Shown here piece by piece: positions 17,305 through 26,921 of a stretch of 34,455 nucleotides of DNA. The position numbers and the translations under genes are program-made. Under the pieces are notes generated by a model. It was not told the DNA's origin. It made no database searches and saw nothing but the letters and a program-made list of their open reading frames with translations. How positions within the stretch are numbered: the stretch's first letter is position 1; each line of letters opens with the position of its first letter. The stretch covers positions 1-34,455 of the forward strand of contig JAJYJD010000003.1 of NCBI GenBank assembly GCA_021789755.1, given 5' to 3'. This DNA comes from Bacteroidota bacterium (lineage in GTDB: Bacteria; Bacteroidota; Ignavibacteria; Kryptoniales; JAKASW01).

Positions 17305-19146
17305 TCACTTAAGCAACATCATTTTTTTCGTCAGGACATTTGCTCCCTGCCGGAGTGTATAGAAATAGACTCCGCTAGCGTAGCTGTTCATGTTGACGTT
17401 GAACGTGTAGGTGCCGGCGGGCCTGTAACCGGAGTCGACAACTTTGACAAGTTGACCAAGAACATTGTAAACTTTCAGGCTCATGACACCTGCCCGGTTT
17501 ACACTGACTCTAATGTCGGTTGACGGATTGAAAGGATTCGGATAGTTCTGGCTTAGTTCGAACTTTGTCGGGACCTGGGATGCAGCTGATCTGACCGCGT
17601 TGACACCACCACCTTCCCATTCCTTCATTTGGCTCGGGAACCAATTAAGGTCTCCCAACGCATAGCTGTTCGTGCCAGCTGATTGGAGTGTCGCGTCCGA
17701 ATACGCTAGGTTCTCGGGTAATGGCTGAGTAGGCGGATACACAGATCCTGTCGGATCGTACCACCACAAGTATTTTCCCAGACCCTTAGTTTTGCTCAGG
17801 TATACATAGTGGTCCAGACTATCTACTTGACCCATTATGGACGAGGAGAAACCGGGATCGACGCTGATATTTCCTGTATCTTCGAAGTACGGATACCTCT
17901 TGGTGGTCGGGAAAGTGTTCACTATGCTGGTGGTATCAGAAATGATAGTTGTGTCCGTACTTACTGTAGTGTCGGCGGCAAGAGTGGTATCGGGCACAAA
18001 AGAAGTATCGGCCGCATAGAAAGTCGTGGTGTCCACGACTGTATCTGCTGACGAAGTAGTGGTGCCATTTATTATTATAGTGTCCTGCGTGATATGATGC
18101 GTCGAAATCGACATGAAGGTAGTATCATTGAACATTACCTGGGTGAAGGGGGTCATCCAGCCGGGAGGAGTTATTGAGTCGGCGACTGAGGTTGATGTGT
18201 CATTTATAGAATTCCAAAAGGCTTGCATCGCCTGTGGCCAGTAATAATCGTTGTTATCTAGCGTGATGTGTCTTTCTGCCTCCGTTATGCCGTATGTCGT
18301 TCCGATCGCGCCGAGACTACCCAGACCTATCACTGGAATGCTTCCCGAAGCATCGGTTCCATAAAAGATGTTGTTGGTAATCGTTGCCTGTGTGAGGTAC
18401 GTAATATACATGAGGTGTGCGCCGCTCAGGAAGATAGTATTGTGGTCGAAATCCAGAAAATTATTGTAGTAGACGTTTGCAAGTGCGTAGCCCTCATTAC
18501 AGAATATTGTGTTGTTTACGATATAAACGGTGTCCGTAGGAATCTTGCCTGGGGCAAACAAAACATCCCCGTAGTAGAACGAGGTGTAATCTTGTTGATT
18601 CCTGAACACGTTGTTGGTCAGCCAGTAGCTATTCCAATTTCCGTTCGACCAAAAAGCCGCTTCGGTCCAGCCATCAAATACGCAGCTGTCCGCCGTTATA
18701 TCCAAGCTGTCTCCCGTAACGAAGATTGCTTTACCCGGTCTGACTGGGGCCTGGTCCGGCGCAACGCCGAACAAGTACAGTTGTCTAAGGGTGAGACTTC
18801 CGCTTTCAAGGTTAATGAAAGTATTCGGACGGGAGTTATCTAAGAGGATGGCTGGCTCTATGACGGGCAGTGCTCCCTTGCCGGGGCCGGCCACTATAGT
18901 TAGCGGGAAGTTCACGTTCATCGTACCGGTGAAGAAATAGATCGAGTCTTTTGACAGTTCATACACTCGATTGGGATTCACTCTTGCACCGGTGGCCGTG
19001 GTATCACCCATAATGAATGTGTTGATGCTGCCCGGCGGCATGGCCGGAACCATGACAGTATCCGCTGCCTGGGAAAATGCGCTCGCCGGCCTTTCAACCA
19101 GGATCGCAATCGGCACGATCAGCAAGGTTATGAGTAATCGTTTCAT
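17305..19146 (-). CDS. T9SS type A sorting domain-containing protein with right-handed beta-helix and a Thr/Asp-rich insert
   Basis: Signal peptide MKRLLITLLIVPIAILV; parallel beta-helix repeats (LTNNVF, IVNNTIF, FDHNTIF, ITNNIFY); C-terminal sorting domain FELSQNYPNPFNPST...KVYNVLGQLV...ASGVYFYTL...KKMMLLK. Confidence 0.9.
   Translation of the reverse strand: MKRLLITLLIVPIAILVERPASAFSQAADTVMVPAMPPGSINTFIMGDTTATGARVNPNRVYELSKDSIYFFTGTMNVNFPLTIVAGPGKGALPVIEPAILLDNSRPNTFINLESGSLTLRQLYLFGVAPDQAPVRPGKAIFVTGDSLDITADSCVFDGWTEAAFWSNGNWNSYWLTNNVFRNQQDYTSFYYGDVLFAPGKIPTDTVYIVNNTIFCNEGYALANVYYNNFLDFDHNTIFLSGAHLMYITYLTQATITNNIFYGTDASGSIPVIGLGSLGAIGTTYGITEAERHITLDNNDYYWPQAMQAFWNSINDTSTSVADSITPPGWMTPFTQVMFNDTTFMSISTHHITQDTIIINGTTTSSADTVVDTTTFYAADTSFVPDTTLAADTTVSTDTTIISDTTSIVNTFPTTKRYPYFEDTGNISVDPGFSSSIMGQVDSLDHYVYLSKTKGLGKYLWWYDPTGSVYPPTQPLPENLAYSDATLQSAGTNSYALGDLNWFPSQMKEWEGGGVNAVRSAASQVPTKFELSQNYPNPFNPSTDIRVSVNRAGVMSLKVYNVLGQLVKVVDSGYRPAGTYTFNVNMNSYASGVYFYTLRQGANVLTKKMMLLK
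17900..18129 (-). repeat. Imperfect hexapeptide (x-x-x-D-T-T) protein repeat inside the T9SS protein
   Basis: NDTT...QDTI...ADTVVDTTT FYAADT SFVPDT TLAADT TVSTDT TIISDT TSIVNT; the 18-bp periodicity is degenerate at the DNA level. Confidence 0.75.
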
Positions 19147-19301
19147 GATGGTTCTCTTCCTTTCTGTTGTGGTTAAGAAACTCAAAGGTCACCCGCAAGA
19201 AAGCTTCTGACACAATGCTCACAGTTTAAAGGCGATGTTGCTCACTTATTCAAGCTTACCCCCGTTATCAGTTCGCGCTCGGGAATTTCAAAGCAAGTCG
19301 T

Positions 19302-20381
19302 TTATTTGCCGTGACTCAAAATGTGTCGGCTGCAAAACTTCTTCACCAATTCATAACGTCTCGTATCACGATATGGTGTACGGAACACAAGAACGGCGCC
19401 CGCTTGTCTGTAGGCTATTTTCATTGCTTCTTTCAAATAAGATGGAGTTGCCTCTCTGGACCATGACGAATGAGGAGTGAAATAGATGCAGGGTATGAGG
19501 ACTGCCTCCGGGAAAATCTTGGCGAATTCATTGATATTCCCGGGAAGGCTTGCAGAAGACATGCCATATTCTGGAGACAGACTGGCTTTGTGCTGGTATC
19601 CCCATTCCACAGCGTTAACGTATGGCATGTAAGGGCGAATCTCTTCCATGTTTTTCAGCTGGTTCTCATAAATGGTAACCCCCAGTAAGAGATTCCGGTT
19701 TTCCCTTTCTAGAATTGCGTAAATCTTTTTGACGTAGTCGGGAGTGAAATAATTCGTGTTGTAGAGAAAATCGTCGATCATCAACAGCGTGAGATTGTGA
19801 TGGGTCCTGGAAACCCGTCCGATTGCTTTCGCCCACTTTTGATAATTGAGCCTGTACGGCGGATACCGCATTCTCGAGCCATGCTCCAATCCTGGTTCTT
19901 CACTTGGCGGCACCAATACGACCCATACTTCCAAATGAATCTTCGATGCAAGGTGGCAGAATTCAGGGAGGGCATCGAGTTCCGCCGCCGAATGGCTGTC
20001 TATCAGGTAGCTGTAACAGTTGACTCCGAGATCTTTGAGCCTGTCGATCATCTCTTTGATTCTCGGTTTTCCCTGTACGTCGTACTTCATTCCTGCATAT
20101 GCTGCAACCCTTCGATGTCCGGACGGAAACAGTCTTCTCATACGCATGAGCGCGGCAACGTGCTCTTCGTTTTGTTTCGTTATTGTCTGTGAGCTGCGGT
20201 CGGGCGTTTGAAGCTTATCTATTGTCCCCCCGTTCGCATATCTCTCGATATTGACATGAATCGATTTCAGGTTTGCCGCTGAAGCTTTGATGGGACCACG
20301 GGCAAATGCGGTCATGGCATTCGAACTCGTCAGTAGACCGGTGATCATGAAGAGATATAGCAAGTAACTAATTGATTCCAT
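19302..20381 (-). CDS. Secreted hypothetical protein, predicted GH-like TIM barrel ('IDDF' family)
   Basis: Hydrophobic N-terminus; alternating beta/alpha pattern (LKDLGVNCYSY, LEVWVVLVPP, LLMIDDF, LGVTIY, LIPCIYF). Confidence 0.75.
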   Translation of the reverse strand: MESISYLLYLFMITGLLTSSNAMTAFARGPIKASAANLKSIHVNIERYANGGTIDKLQTPDRSSQTITKQNEEHVAALMRMRRLFPSGHRRVAAYAGMKYDVQGKPRIKEMIDRLKDLGVNCYSYLIDSHSAAELDALPEFCHLASKIHLEVWVVLVPPSEEPGLEHGSRMRYPPYRLNYQKWAKAIGRVSRTHHNLTLLMIDDFLYNTNYFTPDYVKKIYAILERENRNLLLGVTIYENQLKNMEEIRPYMPYVNAVEWGYQHKASLSPEYGMSSASLPGNINEFAKIFPEAVLIPCIYFTPHSSWSREATPSYLKEAMKIAYRQAGAVLVFRTPYRDTRRYELVKKFCSRHILSHGK

Positions 20382-20441
20382 GTGAGTTGGGTTCCTAAGT
20401 AAAGTGACGCCTGAGGATAGACGCAGCTGTCAATAGAGCTG

Positions 20442-23342
20442 TCAGAAGCTCGTCTCGAGTCCAATGTCGGCGGTCATGCCGTATGAATTCTCCGATTGCG
20501 GAAAACTGGATCCGCCGTTTAGATAGAGATCCTTTGCGCCGTTAATGTTGTTCATATCGAAGAAGAGCCGGAGATGATACCAGGGAAGCCCCTGTTTGGC
20601 GGCGAGGTCCCACCTGAGATAGTTTGCCCCGTACTCTCTTAACTCAGACCAGAATTCAGCTCCCTGAAAGACGTTCGACTGGAACAGCATTGAAACGCGA
20701 ATCGAGAATTCCTTGTAATCATACCCGATGGCCAGGTTGGCAATGTCATCAGGCTGGTAAATCAAACGATCTGTATAGAAGGTATCGTTTACGACCTGCT
20801 GGTATTTCGGCAGGTAAATGGTAGTCACTGTCGTGAGGGGATATTTGGCGCGCGAAAAGATATGAGTAAAATTCGCACTTAAGACTAAACCCGACAATGG
20901 ACCTGGGAGATACCAGAAGTGAGTTTCCCAATCAATTTCAGTCCCATACAGATTGACAACGTTCGGGTTGTTAATTGATGTTGATAATGGTTCCCCTTTT
21001 GTGTTGCTCGGTATCCCCGGATAATCTGCCGGATTCACTACGTAAGTGTTCACCGGAAATATCAGGTTGCGAATATGCTTGAGGAAACCGTCGACCGTCA
21101 GTAAACCGACTGTGTTGTTATAAATCGAAAGAATGGCGTCGTAGTTGGTCGAATGTGCTGGTTTAAGAGCGTAATTGTGCCAGACCACGCTCTGGTACCC
21201 GATGTTGATCCTTGGTGTGATAGCATCAAAGGACGGGTATGTAAGAGTATTCGTGTAAGCCAGGTGAATCTGCATCCATGAAAGTGGCTTGACAATCAAG
21301 TGTGCCATCGGAAGCCAAAAACCGTGCGTCTCTTCAATGGTGGTATCATGGTACTCATAAGAAAGTGGTGTCTGAGTTCCCCTTGGAGCTGTATACGAAG
21401 TTGAGAGCTGCTGGAACCTTACCCCTGGCAGGATAGTCAAGTCCTGACCGATGCTCAGCGTATACATGATGTAGGCAGCACTCTCTCGCTCAAAGCCATT
21501 ATAGTTGTTGGTGGCCGATAAGAAATCATTAGTCGCCACATCGGTCTCATAGTCGTATGATTGCGGAGGTGGTGACTGATTAATGACATTCATTACCTGG
21601 TGCATCAGGCCGATGTTCAAGGGCACCCCCATGCCATATTGACCATTCAGAAAGTTCCCATAGCTAAAGTTTGGATCCTCAAAGAGGGTAATCGGTAAGT
21701 ATATACTCCCTGAAGGAACGGAACTCTGCATCCACGGAAAGGCATTCAGGATTGCTTGAATGGTTGTATCGATTCCGTTTATTTGGAAGCGGTTAGCCTG
21801 ACTCAAGTAATTATAAGATTTTGTAGTGTATCTGTATGCCCCGCCGAATTTCAGAATGCTGGTAATATCTCTCGAAAAATTGATGTTTGACAGGAAATCG
21901 ACTTGTGCCGAAAGCTGACGGTTTCTGGACAAGCTGCTCGACTGCAGGGCGGATTGAAAATCGGTTTGTGATAGATCGTTCTTCGCAAGTGTCGGAATAA
22001 CCTGTGGACTCAAACGTTGATAGTTGGCATTGTTCAGGCCGACATCGGTTTGTTCAAAGCTGAAAGTCAAAAGGTTCGGTACTGAGGTCTGAGAATAGGA
22101 GTGAGCAAACTTTGCATCTACAGCGAACAGCGGGAATATTTCTTTGATGTCAAGGAGATTTGTGATGATGTCAAGAATACTGTTCTCGTCCGTCGCACTG
22201 TAGCTGTGAGTATTATTCACCAGATCGTAGTTCTCGTTTCTTATTTGTTCGTTTGTGTTGCCGGAACTCAGGAAGTTCATGAGCTCCACCTTAAGTGTGG
22301 GACGCTTGTAATCCATGACCACCTCAGCGCCGTAACGTTGCCTGTATCTAGGTATATCGGTCAGGCTTAAGTCCTGCATGTAGACCGGGTTTGGTTTCCC
22401 TAGTTGGGGTGCGTTCAAGTTGTAGGTTGCACCGAGTTCATTTGCGGTTAGATTGCGTCCCTCAATATTTGCCTCAGCAAATACTCCGAACCGATTGTTG
22501 AAGAAGCGGGACTCCGCGGTGCCTACCACCTTGTAGTTGGAATGCGTGCCGATCAAGGCATTGTACCCGCCCTGCGCCAGCAAGGAGGTCAGGATGCCTT
22601 TTTTTGATTCCCGAGCTTCCCTGAGTTCGAGATTGACAATTCCACCAACGGCTGCCGCGTCCATGTCTGGCGTAATCGCTTTGATCACCTCTATCCCCCC
22701 GAGCATGTTCGAGGAAATATCGCTCAAGTCGACTGCGCGACTCGATGAAACGTTTGGCGGAACCTCAATTCCATCGATCGTAATCTCGTTGTACTGCGGT
22801 GCCAGTCCTCGAATAACAACTTGCGCCCCTTCTCCGCCTTCCCTCACGAGAGAAATCCCTGGGAGCCGGCCAATCGATTCTGCCGCATTTGCATCGGGAA
22901 GTTCACGTATTCTTGCCGCTGAGACGACGTTCATTATCTGCTCGGATGAAAGCTGCTGGTTTATAGCAGAATTCTGACCGGCAGCCTGCGCTGTCACGAC
23001 CACTTCTTTCCCCTTCACTCCGACGGCATGCAACCCGAAGTCTCGCCTTGTTGTGTTATTTGAAGAGACTTCGATACTAAACTCCTGATTGCCATAACCC
23101 ACATAGGAGGCGCGCAATTTGTACATGCCAGCAGGCACATCGTTCACCACGAAGTGGCCATCATCGTTTGACACCGCACCCATGCTCGTTCCGACGAGAA
23201 GGACATTTGCACCTATGAGAGGTCTGCGTGTTTGAGCGTCCCTGACGTACCCTTCAACTATGCCGCTTGATGCAAAAGCCAAAGATGGAACTGAACTCAC
23301 CGCTAACACCGCCAGGATCAGGGGAAGAATTTTTCTATGCAT
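20442..23342 (-). CDS. TonB-dependent receptor with N-terminal carboxypeptidase-regulatory-like domain
   Basis: Signal peptide; GYVRDAQTRRPLIGANV..GTSMGAVSNDDGHF; plug domain ELPDANAAESIGRLPGISL...IRGLAP...IEVIKAITPDMDA; terminal Phe (GLETSF). Confidence 0.95.
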   Translation of the reverse strand: MHRKILPLILAVLAVSSVPSLAFASSGIVEGYVRDAQTRRPLIGANVLLVGTSMGAVSNDDGHFVVNDVPAGMYKLRASYVGYGNQEFSIEVSSNNTTRRDFGLHAVGVKGKEVVVTAQAAGQNSAINQQLSSEQIMNVVSAARIRELPDANAAESIGRLPGISLVREGGEGAQVVIRGLAPQYNEITIDGIEVPPNVSSSRAVDLSDISSNMLGGIEVIKAITPDMDAAAVGGIVNLELREARESKKGILTSLLAQGGYNALIGTHSNYKVVGTAESRFFNNRFGVFAEANIEGRNLTANELGATYNLNAPQLGKPNPVYMQDLSLTDIPRYRQRYGAEVVMDYKRPTLKVELMNFLSSGNTNEQIRNENYDLVNNTHSYSATDENSILDIITNLLDIKEIFPLFAVDAKFAHSYSQTSVPNLLTFSFEQTDVGLNNANYQRLSPQVIPTLAKNDLSQTDFQSALQSSSLSRNRQLSAQVDFLSNINFSRDITSILKFGGAYRYTTKSYNYLSQANRFQINGIDTTIQAILNAFPWMQSSVPSGSIYLPITLFEDPNFSYGNFLNGQYGMGVPLNIGLMHQVMNVINQSPPPQSYDYETDVATNDFLSATNNYNGFERESAAYIMYTLSIGQDLTILPGVRFQQLSTSYTAPRGTQTPLSYEYHDTTIEETHGFWLPMAHLIVKPLSWMQIHLAYTNTLTYPSFDAITPRINIGYQSVVWHNYALKPAHSTNYDAILSIYNNTVGLLTVDGFLKHIRNLIFPVNTYVVNPADYPGIPSNTKGEPLSTSINNPNVVNLYGTEIDWETHFWYLPGPLSGLVLSANFTHIFSRAKYPLTTVTTIYLPKYQQVVNDTFYTDRLIYQPDDIANLAIGYDYKEFSIRVSMLFQSNVFQGAEFWSELREYGANYLRWDLAAKQGLPWYHLRLFFDMNNINGAKDLYLNGGSSFPQSENSYGMTADIGLETSF

Positions 23343-23380
23343 TATGCCCTCTTGAAATAGATAATGATTATCCGATCACG

Positions 23381-24712
23381 CTATGGCTTTAATTGTATGT
23401 TAGGCAATACGATTTGCATTCCTGGCTGCAATTCGATGTCAAATGTCTCCGGCTGGTATGGCGCCTTAGCAACCTCAACTTCATAAGACGAGCCATTACT
23501 TTCCCCCGCCCAGCCGCCGAAGCTGTATTCACCTTCGTTCGAAGTGAACTTTCTAGAAACGAGCTGTGTGTTCTTTGCTGTCAGTCTTTGTACGGAAACA
23601 AGCGCATTGGCGACCGGGTTGCCGGTACGAGCGTCGATTACCGTTCCCGTTGCCTCACCAAGATTCGGATAGTAGAGGCTGTCCAGAAATGGAGGAATTG
23701 CGAGTGAGTCCCAGCGCTGCTGAGTTATGTACTGTTGGGTCAGCCATGGCGCCGAGAAGAGAAGCGCTCCACCAATCTCTCCCTGATCATACTTGCTTAT
23801 GGAGTTCTGAATCATATACTTGATGCTGACCGGCGTCATCTGTTCGAGAGAGTTCTTGAAATACACTCCCACAATTATCCCCTTGCCTGGATAATTTTGC
23901 TTCACAGTACTTATGTACTGATCAAGATTAGTGTAGTTCTCGTTCTGATGGTGCATCCATAAATTGACTCCGTCGATCAAGTTAACGACCGACTGGCTGG
24001 AAATGCCGAGTTGATCCTCATACACGACCACATAGAGTCTCAGATTCGGAGTAGTGGCCTGAGATGTATCCTCGACATTCCCGTTTCCATCAAGGGTTTT
24101 TCCCTCGAGAGCCTCCCTGATCTCCTGCAACTGAGAAACAGTTATTTTGCCCCCTTGAAAATTCTCGAAGAAATCATCGATAATAATACCGGAAATCTGC
24201 GGATACTCCTTCGACAACTCCGAGAACCTATGAGCAGCCTGGATCATTCCGGGCGATTGCGCAAAAGGCTGAAGAAGAATAGTATCCCCGGGCTGGTTGA
24301 CGACCCCACCTTCCGTGGGCGGCCGCAATACTCCGTAGACTTTGTTTGTGTTCCAAATCGTGCAGTTGTCAACCAGATTTGTCTGAAATGTGTATCCATA
24401 GTATTGAGCTTGAGATATAACACCATTTAATCCGAAGTTGAATGCGGTTTGAATCAATTCTCCTGAAGGCCAGCCCCAGCCGCCGTAGATCGTGCCTGTC
24501 GAATTATGGTACAAACCGATGAACCCTGGAATTTTTTCCGTAACCGGAGTCGAACTTGTCGGACCGACTATCCCGTTTGAATAAGGCGATTTTGAACAGC
24601 CCTCGAGCATTACAAAAGAAAAAAAGGAAAGAACGGCTACCGATTTCAACATTTTGGACACCACCGGATTGTCATCACAAAATGAAAAGGTTCTCCAAAG
24701 TCGCGCTATCAT
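23381..24712 (-). CDS. Putative lipoprotein: 'IDDF' TIM-barrel domain plus C-terminal carboxypeptidase-regulatory-like domain
   Basis: Lipobox VMLEGC after a hydrophobic stretch; ISGIIIDDFF; C-terminal GTVIDARTGNPVANALV...TSNEGEYSF...YEVEVAKAPY. The start is 24712 or 24652. Confidence 0.78.
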   Translation of the reverse strand: MIARLWRTFSFCDDNPVVSKMLKSVAVLSFFSFVMLEGCSKSPYSNGIVGPTSSTPVTEKIPGFIGLYHNSTGTIYGGWGWPSGELIQTAFNFGLNGVISQAQYYGYTFQTNLVDNCTIWNTNKVYGVLRPPTEGGVVNQPGDTILLQPFAQSPGMIQAAHRFSELSKEYPQISGIIIDDFFENFQGGKITVSQLQEIREALEGKTLDGNGNVEDTSQATTPNLRLYVVVYEDQLGISSQSVVNLIDGVNLWMHHQNENYTNLDQYISTVKQNYPGKGIIVGVYFKNSLEQMTPVSIKYMIQNSISKYDQGEIGGALLFSAPWLTQQYITQQRWDSLAIPPFLDSLYYPNLGEATGTVIDARTGNPVANALVSVQRLTAKNTQLVSRKFTSNEGEYSFGGWAGESNGSSYEVEVAKAPYQPETFDIELQPGMQIVLPNIQLKP

Positions 24713-24719
24713 AGTGGCT

Positions 24720-26921
24720 TCATCTCCCTGTATGATCAGACATGTCAATCAACCTGTAGCTGCGAGGCATGACTTGTATTTTGAGTGCTGCGTTATTCTT
24801 CGACTTTGCTATTTCTTTTCCGGCAACAAGATCCTTCCAATTCTGAGTCTCACCTTTATAATAAGGCGTCAACGGCATAAGAGTGATTTCGAGCTTTGAA
24901 TTGTTGTGATTCACCACCGCTGTCACAAAACCCGATCTGGTTTTAGAAACCGCCACGTCGCAATTCTGATTTGTTCCCACGATATCAACATAGCGCTGTA
25001 CCCCGATGTAGTTAAAGACATCGCGCACCAGATATGGGAATTTGCGGGCGGCAGTCTGCGCATCGGTCAGAACAGAGACAACCTTCCCCTTACCATAAGT
25101 GTTCAAGGTTATTGCAGGAGACTCGTCTTCAAACGTCGCAATGACATTTGCGCCCTCAGTTCTCCACACTGGAAGCGTCACTCTCCCAAGCTCCCATTTC
25201 TTGCCAGTAACAGTTCTCTCTCGAAAATCAAATCGGTCGATAATGGCGATATGTGTCCGACTTTTCCCGGTTTTTTCAATCCCAAAGAGAATAGTGCGGT
25301 TGTAAGTCGTGCCCATAGGTATTCTGGGACCGAATGCGACAACTGTCCCTCCTCTCTCAAGAAAATGCTTCATCAACTCGCTGTCGGTTTCATTTAGACC
25401 CGATAGACTCGGGAACACCAACACTTCTTTTGCTTTTAACATCTGCGTCAAGGCACGTGAATTCGCGCGGACCGGGTAGTACGGTGGGTAAGATTCTTCA
25501 TGAAATGGCGCCCATGGAAGAATGTCCACCGGGATTCCCATTGTCCTAAATGCATCAAGGGCACTGTAATAATCGCGTTCCCATCTATATTCCTGGAAGT
25601 CTGTCCAGGGAATATAGACTGCCAGTTGGTTCCGGTGTGCGGAAGCATTACCGATCAAATCAAATGCCTTCATCCCGTCAAAAACTGCGTCGCGGCTCCG
25701 ATCAAACTCCTGTCGGTACTGGGGATATCGCCTGAGGGTATTGTAAATAACCCCGCTGTAATTGAACATTATAATGCCATCGTTATGCGGAACCGTCGCG
25801 GCGCTCATGAATTGCTGATAGATGTTGTTGTAACTTGCGATGTACAAATGCTTCAGGGCGTTCTCCAGGTAACCGAAAAGTTCAACATGAGTCAAGACGA
25901 TTTTGCTTTGAAGTTCAGATGCACCCGACGCAATTGAGCCGAAGTCTTTGACCCTCCTGAAAGGAAATTTGATGCGGTTATCAGGTCTGTAACTAGCCAT
26001 TACCATTCCCTGGTATATTATTATGTTGAGACTCCTGATAGCGCTGAGGTAACCGGCAAGCAATGGATTATCCGTATACGGAGCACAAGCAGTGAGCAAT
26101 CCGGGATTTACTTCCTTGACATAGTCGCAGAACTCTCTCACGTATGTTGCATAGTATATTCCACTCCCTTCCTGATACGAGTAGAACCCAACAAGAGAAG
26201 GATGGCTTCCATACAGGCTGTAGAGTTCTTTGATGATCTCGTGCGTGCTCTTCATTCGTTGAGGAGGCGGGATCACTCTGGTCATGTCCCAGCTGACCGA
26301 TAGCACGACCGAAATGCCGTTTTCATCTGCGCATTTCAATAGACTGCTTAGGTAACTCTGGTCGATTGGAGAGGAACTATCCATGTTGCAGATTTTCGAT
26401 CTGTAGTAAACCCTGCGGGGGGTGATTATCGTATGAGCTATAAGAAAGTTCGCCCCGAAGTTTTTTAACTCGCCGATGTATTTGTCCATATCGGATTTGA
26501 GACCCTTCGGATCGAAGACTCCGATCATACAGAAATCCCCGATGATCTTCTTGAACAGGAACACTGCTTTTCCTATAGCCGCCGGTCTGGCCCTATCGCC
26601 TACCCAGGCCTGAATTGCATAAAGTCCTTGTGGACCATTTCTTCTGATAATGAAGTGCGAATCATAAACGGAAGTTTTCACTTTTTTCAGGCAGAGTGGA
26701 ATTGCACCTTCGTCGGGGATAAGGATCACAGCGTTGAGCGGGTTCTCATCCGCAGATTCAACCACGATGTTCACAGTGTCTCCGATAGTCACTTCGGATG
26801 GGGTGACCGAGATCTTGATAACTTCGCCCGATGCTTTCATCGCCGGAAGAGCAGCGATTAGAATTGCAGAAATAGCGATGAGCCTGAAAAGGAAGCGGGT
26901 TGGCGTACTTTCAGATATCAT
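24720..26921 (-). CDS. Secreted GH-like protein: Ig-like domain, DUF4434-like TIM barrel and GH42-trimerisation-like domain
   Basis: ATGA-coupled to the AGE stop codon; signal peptide; LLKCADENGISVVLSV...ELYSLYGSHPSLVGFYSYQE; THVELFGY; FLERGGTVVA; IATFEDESPAITLNTYGKGKVV. Confidence 0.78.
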   Translation of the reverse strand: MISESTPTRFLFRLIAISAILIAALPAMKASGEVIKISVTPSEVTIGDTVNIVVESADENPLNAVILIPDEGAIPLCLKKVKTSVYDSHFIIRRNGPQGLYAIQAWVGDRARPAAIGKAVFLFKKIIGDFCMIGVFDPKGLKSDMDKYIGELKNFGANFLIAHTIITPRRVYYRSKICNMDSSSPIDQSYLSSLLKCADENGISVVLSVSWDMTRVIPPPQRMKSTHEIIKELYSLYGSHPSLVGFYSYQEGSGIYYATYVREFCDYVKEVNPGLLTACAPYTDNPLLAGYLSAIRSLNIIIYQGMVMASYRPDNRIKFPFRRVKDFGSIASGASELQSKIVLTHVELFGYLENALKHLYIASYNNIYQQFMSAATVPHNDGIIMFNYSGVIYNTLRRYPQYRQEFDRSRDAVFDGMKAFDLIGNASAHRNQLAVYIPWTDFQEYRWERDYYSALDAFRTMGIPVDILPWAPFHEESYPPYYPVRANSRALTQMLKAKEVLVFPSLSGLNETDSELMKHFLERGGTVVAFGPRIPMGTTYNRTILFGIEKTGKSRTHIAIIDRFDFRERTVTGKKWELGRVTLPVWRTEGANVIATFEDESPAITLNTYGKGKVVSVLTDAQTAARKFPYLVRDVFNYIGVQRYVDIVGTNQNCDVAVSKTRSGFVTAVVNHNNSKLEITLMPLTPYYKGETQNWKDLVAGKEIAKSKNNAALKIQVMPRSYRLIDMSDHTGR

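Noticed and set aside
17900-18129. CRISPR array or DNA-level tandem repeat
   Set aside because: The periodicity is at protein level with synonymous divergence. There are no identical repeats with unique spacers and no cas genes in the window.
20442-24712. Calling the receptor and lipoprotein a SusC/SusD pair
   Set aside because: The receptor lacks the SusC-type plug signature, and the lipoprotein lies upstream with a TIM-barrel-like rather than TPR/SusD pattern.
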